This document shows, one piece after another, positions 47,534-57,725 of a stretch of 64,000 bases of DNA. The position numbers were made by a program, and so were the translations under genes. Below the pieces are notes generated by a model. The model was not told the origin of the DNA and searched no databases. It worked only from the letters and a program-made list of their open reading frames with translations. Positions within the stretch are counted from its first letter, which is position 1, and each line of letters begins with the position of its first letter. The DNA lies in NCBI GenBank assembly GCA_963716175.1, contig OY970296.1, positions 352,001 through 416,000 of the forward strand, in the 5' to 3' direction. Origin of the DNA: an uncultured Armatimonadetes bacterium (GTDB lineage: Bacteria > Armatimonadota > Hebobacteria > Hebobacterales > Hebobacteraceae).

Positions 47534-50512
47534 ATGAAGATGTGGCGGGTATGTCTGGCTGTGCTGGTAGTCTTCTCTCTGTGCACCACTCTCGGCTTCG
47601 CCGCCTATACCGAGCGGCTCAGCATCAACGGGGCCGGTGGCGAGGCCGACGGCGCCAGCTCATCGCCGACAGTGGACAGGTACGGCGATGTGGCGGCGTT
47701 CGCATCCACGGCAACGAACCTCGTCGAGGGTGACACCAACGGATGCTCGGACATCTTCGCTTCGAAGCGCGGCGAGGCGGGTCTGCTGCGTGTGAGTGTG
47801 GACAGCGCAGGCGCGGAGGCGGACGGCGCCTCCACGAAGCCTTTCCTCAGCCCCGGCTCCAACTCCGTTGTCTACCAGTCGCTGGCGACCAATCTCGTGG
47901 CCGAGGACGCTGGCGACGTGATGAACGTGTATGTCACTGACATCGGAGGCGGGGTGGTCTCAGGCACCTATCTGGTGAGCGTGGGGATGGCAGGGCCGGC
48001 CGACGGCGCATCCTACGATGCCTCGATCACCGAAAGCAACCAGTATGTGGCCTTCACCTCAGAGGCAACGAACCTGGCTGATGGTGATTCCAACGACTGC
48101 TCTGACATCTTCGTTCGCGACCGCGACTCGGACACCACCATTCGCGTGAGCGTTGACTCCGAGGGCGGGGAAGCCAACGGCCCCTCCTACTCGTCAATGA
48201 TCAGCGCGGACGGCAGCCACGTCGTGTTCATCTCCGAAGCCACGAATCTGGTGGAGGGTGATACCAACGGCGTCGCTGACGTATTCGTCTATGATCTGGA
48301 CGCAGGCACCATCGAGCGGGTCAGCGTAGACACCCCGGGCAACCAGGCGAACGGCGCGAGCACCGGTCGGCCCTCGATCAGCGGTACCGGCGGGGCTGTG
48401 GCCTTCGCATCGGCGGCCACGAACCTGGTTGACGGTGACACCAATGGGGCCACGGACATCTTCGTGCGCAACCTCTCGGAGAGCACGACCTCCCGGGTGA
48501 GCGTGGCCGACTCCACCGGCGCCCAGGCTGATGGCGACTCGTGGGGCCCGTCGATCAGCACTGACGGGCGCTTGGTAGGGTTCGCCTCCGGCGCCTCCAA
48601 TCTGGTCGCCGACGACGCCAACGGCGTTGACGATGTGTTCGTCAACGACTCCGCGACGGGCCACACCCTGCGCTTCAGCGTACCCGGGGACGGCACCGCC
48701 GTACCGAGGTTCCGCGATTCGGGTCTCACGCCTGGCGAGCCGGGGATCGGAGAGGCAGATGGCGCCTCCAGCGAGCCGGCCGTCGCCATGTTCGCGGTGA
48801 CTGACGGGGTTCCCTGCTGCACAGACGGCCGCTGGAACGTGGTGTTCACGTCACAGGCTACCAACCTGGTCCCGGACGACACCAACGACGTCTCTGACGT
48901 GTTCATGCGCACGCTCCTGCTTCACCGGAACAACGAATCCTTCCCGAGCGACCTGGGGATGATCTGCTTCGACCGCGGCGGCAGCAGCGGAGAGTGGACC
49001 GATCTGAATGGCGAGATCACTATCGACGGCCACGTGGTTCCCATTCTGCCGCCAGAGATCGACAATGCCACGAAGCTCCTGTTGCTGAGTGACGATCTCA
49101 TCAGCCTCGAGGCAGTGCCGGATCCCGGTTTCAGATTCCTGGCCTGGGACTGCTGCTTCGAACGCACCGGCCTGGTCAGCAACCCGATGGAGCTCCGCGT
49201 ACCCCGCTGCATAGGCGGCTGGGCGCAGATTGAAGCGATTCCCTACACCTTCACGCTGAACACTGTTGGCGACGGAACGGTCTTTGTCGATTCGGCAGAG
49301 GTGGAGGTGCCGTACTCGGCCACCTTCTACTACGGCGACGAGGTCACGATCTCTGCGGCAGCCGCGGTCGGCCGCGTCTTCTCCGGCTGGTCTGGCGACC
49401 TCACCGGCAACGTGAACCCGGCCACGATCACCATCACTGGCGATACGGCCATCGTCGCTCACTTCCCGCTCCCAACGGTCTCCCTGCGCGTCGGGGGCGT
49501 GGGCAGCGGGACTGTCAAGGTCAACAGCGAAGCCCATGCCCTTCCCTGGAACGAGGTCTTCGACGCGGGCGCGACCGTCACGCTCGAAGCCGTTCCTGCG
49601 GCGGGGCAGCTGTTCACCGGCTGGTCGGGCGATGTCACGGGCGACGACAACCCAGTTGAGCTCGTGATGCTCGAGGACGCACACGTGACCGCGAGCTTCA
49701 GCACCACCGAGGTGACGCTGACTGTCAACGGCGAGCCCGGTACGAGCGTGAAGGTCAACGGCGTAGCGCACTGGCTCCCGTGGTCGGGTCAGTTCACGTA
49801 CGGGGCGGCCGTGACTCTCGAAGCGGTCCCAGGGGACTGCAGTCGCTTCGACGGGTGGTCCGGCGCTGTCACCGGGACGACGAACCCGATCATCGTGACC
49901 ATGGCCGGCAACAAGACAGTCACCGCGAGCTTCAGCTCAATCTCGGTCTTCACGGACATCGGCTGTGAGTTCTGGGCCGCCAGGGAGATCGCTGCCTGCG
50001 CGGCTGCCGGGATAGTGGCCGGTTACCTGGATGGGACCTACAAGCCTGACGTCGCCGTCTCCCGCGACCAGATGGCAACCTACATCTCCCGGGCATTGGC
50101 TGGCGGCGACGCTCAAGTGCCGAGCGGGCCCGCCGTGCCCAGCTTCCCGGATGTGGCAACTGACTACTGGGCCTACAAATACATAGAGTATGCAAAGGCC
50201 CACGACATCGTCACGGGATACCCGGACGGTTGGTATCACCCCGCTGACATCGTGAACCGGGGCCAGATGGCGGTGTTCATCGCCCGCGCCATGGCGGGCG
50301 GGGACTCGCACGTCCCGACGCCGATGCCGCCGCCCACCTTCCCGGATGTCACCGGCGGCAATGACTGGGCCTGGTGCTACAAGTACGTCGAGTACGTGGT
50401 CGGGCACAGTGTGGTCCAGGGCTATCCCGACGGTAACTACCATCCGGAGTACGAAGTCACCCGCGACCAGATGGCGGTGTTCATCCAGCGCGCTTTCGAG
50501 CTGCCCATGTAG
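47534..50512 (+). CDS. Cell-surface protein: TolB-like beta-propeller, InlB-B-like repeats and three SLH domains
   Basis: Signal peptide; repeated S.ATNLV.GDTNG..DVF blades; repeated L.A.P...F.GWSGD..G..NP modules; C-terminal F.DV...WA...G...GYPDG.Y.P...V.R.QMA three times. Confidence 0.88.
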   Translation: MKMWRVCLAVLVVFSLCTTLGFAAYTERLSINGAGGEADGASSSPTVDRYGDVAAFASTATNLVEGDTNGCSDIFASKRGEAGLLRVSVDSAGAEADGASTKPFLSPGSNSVVYQSLATNLVAEDAGDVMNVYVTDIGGGVVSGTYLVSVGMAGPADGASYDASITESNQYVAFTSEATNLADGDSNDCSDIFVRDRDSDTTIRVSVDSEGGEANGPSYSSMISADGSHVVFISEATNLVEGDTNGVADVFVYDLDAGTIERVSVDTPGNQANGASTGRPSISGTGGAVAFASAATNLVDGDTNGATDIFVRNLSESTTSRVSVADSTGAQADGDSWGPSISTDGRLVGFASGASNLVADDANGVDDVFVNDSATGHTLRFSVPGDGTAVPRFRDSGLTPGEPGIGEADGASSEPAVAMFAVTDGVPCCTDGRWNVVFTSQATNLVPDDTNDVSDVFMRTLLLHRNNESFPSDLGMICFDRGGSSGEWTDLNGEITIDGHVVPILPPEIDNATKLLLLSDDLISLEAVPDPGFRFLAWDCCFERTGLVSNPMELRVPRCIGGWAQIEAIPYTFTLNTVGDGTVFVDSAEVEVPYSATFYYGDEVTISAAAAVGRVFSGWSGDLTGNVNPATITITGDTAIVAHFPLPTVSLRVGGVGSGTVKVNSEAHALPWNEVFDAGATVTLEAVPAAGQLFTGWSGDVTGDDNPVELVMLEDAHVTASFSTTEVTLTVNGEPGTSVKVNGVAHWLPWSGQFTYGAAVTLEAVPGDCSRFDGWSGAVTGTTNPIIVTMAGNKTVTASFSSISVFTDIGCEFWAAREIAACAAAGIVAGYLDGTYKPDVAVSRDQMATYISRALAGGDAQVPSGPAVPSFPDVATDYWAYKYIEYAKAHDIVTGYPDGWYHPADIVNRGQMAVFIARAMAGGDSHVPTPMPPPTFPDVTGGNDWAWCYKYVEYVVGHSVVQGYPDGNYHPEYEVTRDQMAVFIQRAFELPM

Positions 50513-50541
50513 GACCAGCCACCTGTGTCGCAACGACAATG

Positions 50542-50573
50542 ACGAGGGCAGGGCCTCCAGGCCCTGCCCTCGT
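50542..50573. terminator. 14-bp hairpin between convergent genes
   Basis: acgagggcagggcc-tcca-ggccctgccctcgt. Confidence 0.65.
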
Positions 50574-50777
50574 GTTGCCATTAGCAGAGACGCGCTGCTG
50601 CTCCAGGATCAGGCTGTGCCCTGCCACCTCTTCAGCTTAGGCATGAAGTGACTGAGGCGGCGAAGCTTCAGGCGCGCACTTCACTGATGATCACTGTTGC
50701 TTCCCGCCGAGGAACTCGGCCTCCTGCCACCATCGCTCGCGCCGCCCAGGCGGGCCACGCCTACCACCACAGACCCA

Positions 50778-52874
50778 TCAGTAAGCTCGCACCGCCCATA
50801 GCACCAGCGCCCAGAGGATCTCGCTGACCCGGTCGCCCACGATCACACCGATGGCCGCAGGCACCGTCTTCTGGTAGAGGCGCAGGCCGCCATACCGGAT
50901 GGTCAGGCTCTTGAGCAGCCACCCGATGAACAGGGGCATGTACCACCACTGAGAGCCCCACACGTTGGCGGCGAGATAGCCGACCGGGTGCAGGGGCCAC
51001 CACCAGAACCGCAGCCGCAGCTCCCCGAGCAGGAATGTCACCGCCATGCCCGCGCCGAGAGCGATGATGCCGGGAGTATTGAGGTGCGTGGGGTTGCTCA
51101 TCGCCTCGTGCATCTGCGCCCCGCCATTGCGCACCGAGTTCTCCAGCCATCCCTCCGCAGGCAGGATGCTGTAAAAGCCATAGTGGTAGACTCCCGTCAG
51201 TTCGACGAACACACCGAGGGCGAGAGCAAAGACGAAACAGCCGACCATAGCCAGCAGCAGGGGGCTCTGGCGAATGCGGGCAGACTCAGAGATCTTGAGG
51301 GCATCGAGGGAGGAGCCAGTGATAACCTCGCAGCTCTCCCCCCAGCCTGGGTAGTAGCTCCATCGCGTGGCGATGATGGTCACGAGCTCGGCCGGCCGGT
51401 AAATGGCGGTGCCGAACGGATTGAGCATGATCTCGTTGACCGAGAACGGGAAGCCGATGAAGCTCATGCTGTTCTCGGCCCGCAGCCGAGCCCAGACCAG
51501 ATGGTAGGAGAGTATCAGGCCCACCAGGGCGAGCGCCACGATCAGGCGCGACCCCGCTGCCTGACAGAACAGCACCAGATAGGCCACAGATACCAGCAGG
51601 CCCAGCACCACCCAGCGGTAGGCGAGCGGCTCCTCCGGGCCTCGCTCGCGCTCGCCTCTCACGGCCGCCCGCAGGGCGCGCACCACCTGTCTCCGGCCGG
51701 TCCACAGCGCCAGCAATGCAAGTGCTATCACCACGCCGCCACCCTGGTAGTAGGGGGCCGGGAAAGTCGGCCCGGACCAGTCCTCGGGCTTCTGAGGGGT
51801 AGCGCCGGCGGTGATCGCGAGCACCGTGCAAGCTATCCTGACCAGCCAGAAGAACCAGACCGAGAAAGACAGGTCCTTGGGGATGAGGTAGGCGAGACCT
51901 ATGCACCAGGGATAGAGTATCAACCAGACATCCCCGACCCCGGTGAGCGGCCCCACCTTCTCGGAGGTGATTAGCCGGTACTCCCCGAGCGAAAGGCTGG
52001 GCAGCGATGGGAAGATAGCCGGAAGTCGGTATTGCACGTGCAGCAGAAGAACAACTACGAATCCCATCCAGAAGACGGAACTGGCCGGCAGTAGTCCCGC
52101 TCCATGCGGGGCCTCCCGGACGGCCGCCAGCGGCACTTGAGCGATGGGGAAGCTGAGTCGTTCGTTCGTCACCCACTGCTGCCGGAACAGCAGCATCAGA
52201 CACAGGCTGGCGACGAAGAGCGCGAGGAAGAACGACCCCCAGGCAGCGAGCGGCGTCCACCACGAGGCCCAGGCGACCGGAGTGTCGCCCTGGAAGAATC
52301 CCTCGATTGCCGACAGGTCACCGGGGTGGAACCAGCTCGGCACATAGCGAACAAAAGTGGACTCCCACACCGGGGCCGTTCGCACGTAGTATTGCTGGCC
52401 CAGCGAGCAAGAGAGGAACCAGAGCATGACGCCGCGTGAGACCAGGGGCGCCCCAATGGTGAGGATGATGTAGATGACCAGCAGCTCTCGCCGGCTCAGT
52501 CCACCTTGCCGCCTCGCCAGGAGCTGGTTGACCGCGGTCAGCAGAAAGAGCATGCCCAGCGCGGCGATGGGGGGAACCATCTCCGAGAACCCCCAGGAGA
52601 CCTTGACCAGCTGCTCCACATAGAACGATGCAGGCGCAAGTGCGACCAGCAGCACGAGGGCGGCCAGGACCGCGCGCCTGGTGACCCCGGAACCTGATCG
52701 GCGCTTGTTGATCTGGGCGCTCGGGTTGGGTCGCTCCGGCACTGCCAACGCGGATCTCTTTGATCCTCCTGCCCGCTCCGGCGGCTCCAGAGGCCGTGCC
52801 TGGATCGAGCCTTCGGTCTCGCATCTCATCGCAGGTGAGCGCGAGACCGGCCCCGTCACTTCGGCGCCGACCAC
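50778..52874 (-). CDS. DUF6785/DUF6784 membrane protein, copy 3 (more diverged)
   Basis: RQQWVTNERLSFPI, WWPLHPVGY and RYGGLRLY; many TM segments. Start uncertain. Confidence 0.8.
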   Translation of the reverse strand: MVGAEVTGPVSRSPAMRCETEGSIQARPLEPPERAGGSKRSALAVPERPNPSAQINKRRSGSGVTRRAVLAALVLLVALAPASFYVEQLVKVSWGFSEMVPPIAALGMLFLLTAVNQLLARRQGGLSRRELLVIYIILTIGAPLVSRGVMLWFLSCSLGQQYYVRTAPVWESTFVRYVPSWFHPGDLSAIEGFFQGDTPVAWASWWTPLAAWGSFFLALFVASLCLMLLFRQQWVTNERLSFPIAQVPLAAVREAPHGAGLLPASSVFWMGFVVVLLLHVQYRLPAIFPSLPSLSLGEYRLITSEKVGPLTGVGDVWLILYPWCIGLAYLIPKDLSFSVWFFWLVRIACTVLAITAGATPQKPEDWSGPTFPAPYYQGGGVVIALALLALWTGRRQVVRALRAAVRGERERGPEEPLAYRWVVLGLLVSVAYLVLFCQAAGSRLIVALALVGLILSYHLVWARLRAENSMSFIGFPFSVNEIMLNPFGTAIYRPAELVTIIATRWSYYPGWGESCEVITGSSLDALKISESARIRQSPLLLAMVGCFVFALALGVFVELTGVYHYGFYSILPAEGWLENSVRNGGAQMHEAMSNPTHLNTPGIIALGAGMAVTFLLGELRLRFWWWPLHPVGYLAANVWGSQWWYMPLFIGWLLKSLTIRYGGLRLYQKTVPAAIGVIVGDRVSEILWALVLWAVRAY

Positions 52875-52970
52875 CCTGGCCCCTTGGCAGAAGTGTCTGC
52901 TGTAACCCGAGACGGATCACAGCAGGCCTGCACCCAGAAGGCGGCCCGGGCCGCAGCGCGCCGACCGGGC

Positions 52971-53429
52971 TCACCCGCAGCCAATATGCAAGCTGCGGAG
53001 CACGGGGCGGCGCCGCTCTGCTAGTGGTCCTGGCGGCAGGCCCTCACACCCGCGGAGCGCTTTCCGCAGGTCGTCCACACCGAAGACGACCATGCCCGCT
53101 TTCGCTCGCGCGCTCACACTCCCGTAGGCATAGTTGATGTTGACCCCGGCCTTCGCCAGCCTCGCGGAGGCATCCCCGAGCGCGCCCGGCTCATTGGGCA
53201 GGTCCAGAGCCAGCACCAACTGCCGCGTGGGCTTCATCCCAGCGCGAGCCAGAGCTCGCGCGGCCTTCGCGCTGTTGTCGGTCACCAACCGCACCAGACC
53301 AGTGTCCGTGTTGTCCACGACAGACAGGGCGAGGATGTTCACCTTCGCTCGCCTCAACGCCCCTCCCAACTTCGCGGCCTGCCCCGGCTTGTTCTCGAGG
53401 CAGACGGTCAGCTGTGTTGCGCGCGGCAT
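52971..53429 (-). CDS. Tandem ACT-domain protein
   Basis: QLTVCLENKPG..VNI.ALS and LPNEPGAL..GVNINYAY; AAGGAGG SD. Confidence 0.88.
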   Translation of the reverse strand: MPRATQLTVCLENKPGQAAKLGGALRRAKVNILALSVVDNTDTGLVRLVTDNSAKAARALARAGMKPTRQLVLALDLPNEPGALGDASARLAKAGVNINYAYGSVSARAKAGMVVFGVDDLRKALRGCEGLPPGPLAERRRPVLRSLHIGCG

Positions 53430-53744
53430 TGCCAATCCCCTCCTTGACTCAGGATGCGCTATCAGTTCGCCGTGCTCGGCGTGTCTCTCCTGTCAACTGG
53501 CGCCACCAGGCCGCCTAGCTCCCAGCAATCGCCGCCCAATGGGCCAGGCCCGCAAACACGCGCCTACCTCCCGGTCCCTCTGCAGGATGGCATGCTGTCG
53601 AAGGGAAAGACAAAGAGCTGGCCAGATGCGATGCGGCCGGCTGAGGTGGAGGCGCGCGCTGGCAGCATGCGGGCGACTGGCAGAACGCTCGGCCGAAGGT
53701 GGCCGCTCAGACGGCCCGCGGATAGCCAGGCGAAGGAGAAGGTC

Positions 53745-55022
53745 ATGACCAAGGCGAGTAAGCTGGCGATAGACGGCGGCAAGCCAGTGAATGACAGGCC
53801 GTTCCCGACGTGGCCGCAGTTCGACCCGAAGTGCTACGATGCCGTCGTCGGGATCCTGAAGAGCGGAAAGGTCAACTACTGGACCGGCCCCATCGGCATG
53901 CAGTTCGAGCAGGCCTGGGCGGATTGGTGCGGGGCGAAGTACGGGGTTTCGACGTGCAACGGCACGAGCGCGCTGCACACCGCGCTGGCCGGCCTGGGTA
54001 TTGGGCCTGGCGACGAGGTAATCGTGCCCTCCTACACTTTCATCGCCAGCTCGTTCTCGATCTGTCAGGCCGGAGCGGTGCCGGTCTTTGCCGATGTGGA
54101 GAAGGGCAGCCACACCCTTGACCCGGCCGATGTGGAGGCCAAGATCTCGCCGCGGACGCGGGCGATTATGCCGGTGCACCTATACGGCGTGATGTCCAAC
54201 ATGGGGCCGCTGCTGGAGATCGCGAGAAAGCACGAACTCAAGATCGTGGAGGACTGCGCGCAGGCGCACGGCGGAAAGTGGAACGGCAAGAAGGCCGGAA
54301 CCATCGGGGATGTGGGCGCATTCAGCTTCTGCCAGAGCAAGCACTTCACCACCGGCGGCGAAGGCGGTGCGGTGATCACGGATGATGAGGAAGTGGCCTG
54401 GAACTGCCGGTCCTTTCGTGACCACGGGTATGACGTGAAGGAAAGACTGCGGCTGCTCGAGCTGGAGGCGAAGCTCCCATACATACACAATATGGTGGGC
54501 TACAACTACCGCATGACCGAGATGCAATCCCAGATCGGCCTGATCGAGCTGGCCCGATTCGACTCCTGGAACCTGAAGAACCGTCGCAGGAACGGCGAGT
54601 ATCTGACCCGAAGGCTGCAGGGCGTAGAGCAGATCCTGCATCTGCCGCTGGACACGAGCGAGCGAGAGAACGCTTTCTGGCTCTACCCAATCGCGATAGC
54701 TGCAGAGCAGTTGACCCAGCCGATGCGGCAGATCGTGGCGGCCTTGAACGCGGAGGGCGTGCCGGCCGGGCCGGTGCTGTGGCCGCAGTGCTATCAGGAG
54801 CGCGCCTACCAGGAGCACAATGGCTTCGGCCGGCTGAAGTATCCGTTCCGGTCGCCTGACACGCGCCCCGAGGCGGTTCAATACGACAAGGTGTTCTGCC
54901 CGAACGCGGCCTGGTTGGAGGAGCGCACCTTCTGGGTGCCATGCCATCCGGTATACGAGATCGGGCACATGGAGAAGCTCGGAACCGCGATCGAGAAGGT
55001 GTTGGGCGCATACCGGAGGTAG
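53745..55022 (+). CDS. DegT/DnrJ/EryC1/StrS PLP aminotransferase, second paralogue
   Basis: NGTSALH, GPGDEVIVP, VEDCAQAHG, FSFCQSKHFTTGGEGG and GYNYRM; AAGGAG SD. Confidence 0.93.
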   Translation: MTKASKLAIDGGKPVNDRPFPTWPQFDPKCYDAVVGILKSGKVNYWTGPIGMQFEQAWADWCGAKYGVSTCNGTSALHTALAGLGIGPGDEVIVPSYTFIASSFSICQAGAVPVFADVEKGSHTLDPADVEAKISPRTRAIMPVHLYGVMSNMGPLLEIARKHELKIVEDCAQAHGGKWNGKKAGTIGDVGAFSFCQSKHFTTGGEGGAVITDDEEVAWNCRSFRDHGYDVKERLRLLELEAKLPYIHNMVGYNYRMTEMQSQIGLIELARFDSWNLKNRRRNGEYLTRRLQGVEQILHLPLDTSERENAFWLYPIAIAAEQLTQPMRQIVAALNAEGVPAGPVLWPQCYQERAYQEHNGFGRLKYPFRSPDTRPEAVQYDKVFCPNAAWLEERTFWVPCHPVYEIGHMEKLGTAIEKVLGAYRR

Positions 55023-55079
55023 GGCAAAGGGCCACAAGGCGGATGACGTGTGCTCTACCGATGAGGGGAGACGACGCTG

Positions 55080-56531
55080 ATGCCCGTCTGGGACCAGCCA
55101 GGAAACAAGATCTTCGAGGAATCGCGCTGGGTTGATGTGGCCCTGGAGGCCGACGTGGTGGTCGCCGGTGGCGGACCGGCGGGCCTGGCCGCGGCCATCG
55201 GGGCTGCCCGGGCCGGGGCCGATGTGGCCCTGATCGAGCAAGGCGCCTTCCTGGGCGGAGTGGCGACTGGCTCGATGATGGCTGCCCTGGTGGACTCCTC
55301 CTCCGCCGCGGGCATAGGGTCGGAGCTGATCGGTCGCCTGGCGGACGCCGGCGGTGCGCCGAGATGGCCCGGCCCACCCGGCCGCTCCGAGACCACACCC
55401 TTTGATCCGGAGACATTCAAGAGCGTGGCGCTCGATATGGTCTGCCAGGCCGGCGTCCACCTGATGCTGTACACCACCGCCGTCGGTCCGGCAATCGCGG
55501 AGGGCAAAATCCGAGGCGTGATGACAGAGAGCAAGTCCGGGCGGAAGGCGGCGCTGGGAAGGGTGGTGGTTGACTGCACAGGCGATGCCGACATTGCGAT
55601 TCGCGCTGGCGCTCCCTATATGAAGGGCCGGGAGTCAGACGGGAAGATGCGGCCCTTTGCTCTGCTCTTCCGGCTGGGCGGGCTCGACATTCCCGCTCTC
55701 TGGCAGTATGCGCAGGAGCATCCCGATGAGATCCAACCTCAGCATCGCGACGGAACGCGCCTGCGCGTCGGGGACGAGGAGGTGATCACCCGGATCTCAG
55801 GCTTCTACCGGCTTGTGGAAGAGGCGAAGAGGCGCGGCGAGTTCCCGCGCGATCTCCACTACTTCCGCCTGGAGAGCCTCTGGGTTAACCGTGGCACGGC
55901 CATCTGTAACACCGCCCGCGTGTACGGCGTGGACGGCACTGACAGCAGTGACCTCACCCGGGCAGAGATCGCGGCGCGCAGGCAGGTGGAGAGCCTGGTG
56001 GCGTTCGCCCGTCGCTATCTCCCAGGCGGTGAGAACGCGTTCCTGGTTGACGTCGCGCCACGACTGGGGGTGCGGGAGACGCGGCGGATCGTCGGCGAGT
56101 ACTCGCTCAGCGATGACGACGCCTATGGCAATGTCACCTTCGATGACACTATCCTCGAGATTGACGCCATGCTGGTGGCAGGGCCGCGGCCCGCAAGTCT
56201 GGATGTTCATATGCCCGAGCCGATCGAGGGTTCTGAGCAGGATCTGCTGGAACGCTATCCCGACCGGGTGCCGGAGGAGAGGCACCGCGTTCGGGTGCCA
56301 TACCGCGTGCTGCTTCCTCGCGGGGTGGACAACGTGCTGGTGGCGGGGCGCGCCATTTCGGTCAGCCATATGATAGACAGCTGGACACGTAACATGGTGA
56401 TATGCATGCGCACCGGCCAGGTCGCTGGCGTTGCTGCTGCTCTTAGTGCAGAGGTGGGAGTGCAGCCGAGAAGCATTGACCTGTCGGAGTTACGAGCTGC
56501 CCTGGCGCGACAGGGATTGCGCGAGCTGTGA
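55080..56531 (+). CDS. FAD-dependent oxidoreductase (FAD_oxidored family)
   Basis: VVVAGGGPAG..AA..AAR, LGG.AT, VDCTGDAD, GVRETRRI.G and PYR.L.P...N.LVAGR. Confidence 0.9.
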   Translation: MPVWDQPGNKIFEESRWVDVALEADVVVAGGGPAGLAAAIGAARAGADVALIEQGAFLGGVATGSMMAALVDSSSAAGIGSELIGRLADAGGAPRWPGPPGRSETTPFDPETFKSVALDMVCQAGVHLMLYTTAVGPAIAEGKIRGVMTESKSGRKAALGRVVVDCTGDADIAIRAGAPYMKGRESDGKMRPFALLFRLGGLDIPALWQYAQEHPDEIQPQHRDGTRLRVGDEEVITRISGFYRLVEEAKRRGEFPRDLHYFRLESLWVNRGTAICNTARVYGVDGTDSSDLTRAEIAARRQVESLVAFARRYLPGGENAFLVDVAPRLGVRETRRIVGEYSLSDDDAYGNVTFDDTILEIDAMLVAGPRPASLDVHMPEPIEGSEQDLLERYPDRVPEERHRVRVPYRVLLPRGVDNVLVAGRAISVSHMIDSWTRNMVICMRTGQVAGVAAALSAEVGVQPRSIDLSELRAALARQGLREL

Positions 56532-56594
56532 CCATTCGGAGTGATCAGGGGCCTGGAGGCTTTGCGCCTGCCTCGCCATAGGAGCGCAGCGCAG

Positions 56595-57725
56595 ATGACT
56601 AGCAAAGAGAGACTGCTGGCGGCAATCCGTTGTGAGGAAGTGGACTACGTTCCCATCAGTATGCACTTCTGGCATGACCCGCGACACGCCCGGGCGAGCT
56701 GGCGGAACCAGCGCGAACGCCTCGCTCTCTATCAGAAATGGGGCTGGGACACGACCGCCGGCGTCTCCACTCACGTCAGTCCGTCACCGGAGGTACGCGT
56801 CGAGGTCAGCTACGAGACCGCTGATGGCACGGCGATACTCCATCAAACCTGGCACACGCCAGCGGGATCGCTCGAAGAGAAGCTGAAGGTGACTGACGAC
56901 TGGGATGCGGCCAGGAAGGTAACGCATTACCTGCCGTTTCTGGACGACTTCCGCGCCTCACGCTATCTCGAGGTGCCCGTGAAGGGACCTGAGGACATCC
57001 CCGCCCTGGAGTACATCTTCCCCGTGGATAACGCCGACGACACCGACGCGATGGTGCGTGGACACAGGGCCGCGCGGGCGCTGGCAGACGAGTTTCAGGT
57101 CCCCCTGTGCGGCGACCACGCCGCCGGGATGGACTGGCTCACCTGGCTCTGGTCCGCGGATGGGGCCGTGCTGCAGGTGATGGACAATCGCCCCCTGGCC
57201 AGGAAGGTGCTGGCCGTGATCAACGCGGCCCATCAGCGCCGGCTGGAGCTGCTCCTCGAGCTGGGAGTGGACATGGTCGAGCGCCGCGGCTGGTACGAAT
57301 CCGCTGACTACTGGAGCCCGGCCATCGTTGATGACCTCGCCAGGCCTGTGCTTGAGGCCGAGATCGAGGCTACTCACCGCTGCGGAGCAGTGCACGTCTA
57401 TCTGATGGACACAGGGATCGTCCCCCTGCTTCCCATGCTGGCCTCGCTGCCCTTCGACTGCCTGCTGGGGGCAGAGCCGGCTTACGGGAGGCACGATCTG
57501 GAGGAGCTTCGCCGGAGGTTGCCTGGAAAATCGCTGTGGAGTGGGATCAGCGGCCCGGAACACCTCGGTCGGGGCACGCCCGAGAGCGTGGAGCGCGCGG
57601 TGGAGAGAGCATTCGCGGAATGTGGGAGAATCGGGTTCATACTGGGCGCGGCCGTGGGCATTCGCTACGACTGGCCGGAGGAAAACCTCCTCGCCTGCGA
57701 GAGGGCCTGGCGAAGGCTGCGCTGA
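56595..57725 (+). CDS. UroD/MtaA-like methyltransferase family protein
   Basis: MTSKERLLAAI..EEVD.VP, TPAGSL, WSP, LWSGIS and GFIL. Confidence 0.72.
   Translation: MTSKERLLAAIRCEEVDYVPISMHFWHDPRHARASWRNQRERLALYQKWGWDTTAGVSTHVSPSPEVRVEVSYETADGTAILHQTWHTPAGSLEEKLKVTDDWDAARKVTHYLPFLDDFRASRYLEVPVKGPEDIPALEYIFPVDNADDTDAMVRGHRAARALADEFQVPLCGDHAAGMDWLTWLWSADGAVLQVMDNRPLARKVLAVINAAHQRRLELLLELGVDMVERRGWYESADYWSPAIVDDLARPVLEAEIEATHRCGAVHVYLMDTGIVPLLPMLASLPFDCLLGAEPAYGRHDLEELRRRLPGKSLWSGISGPEHLGRGTPESVERAVERAFAECGRIGFILGAAVGIRYDWPEENLLACERAWRRLR

Noticed and set aside
47600-50500. CRISPR-like or DNA-level repeat array
   Set aside because: The repeats are degenerate protein repeats (propeller blades, B-repeats, SLH), with no identical repeat-spacer pattern.
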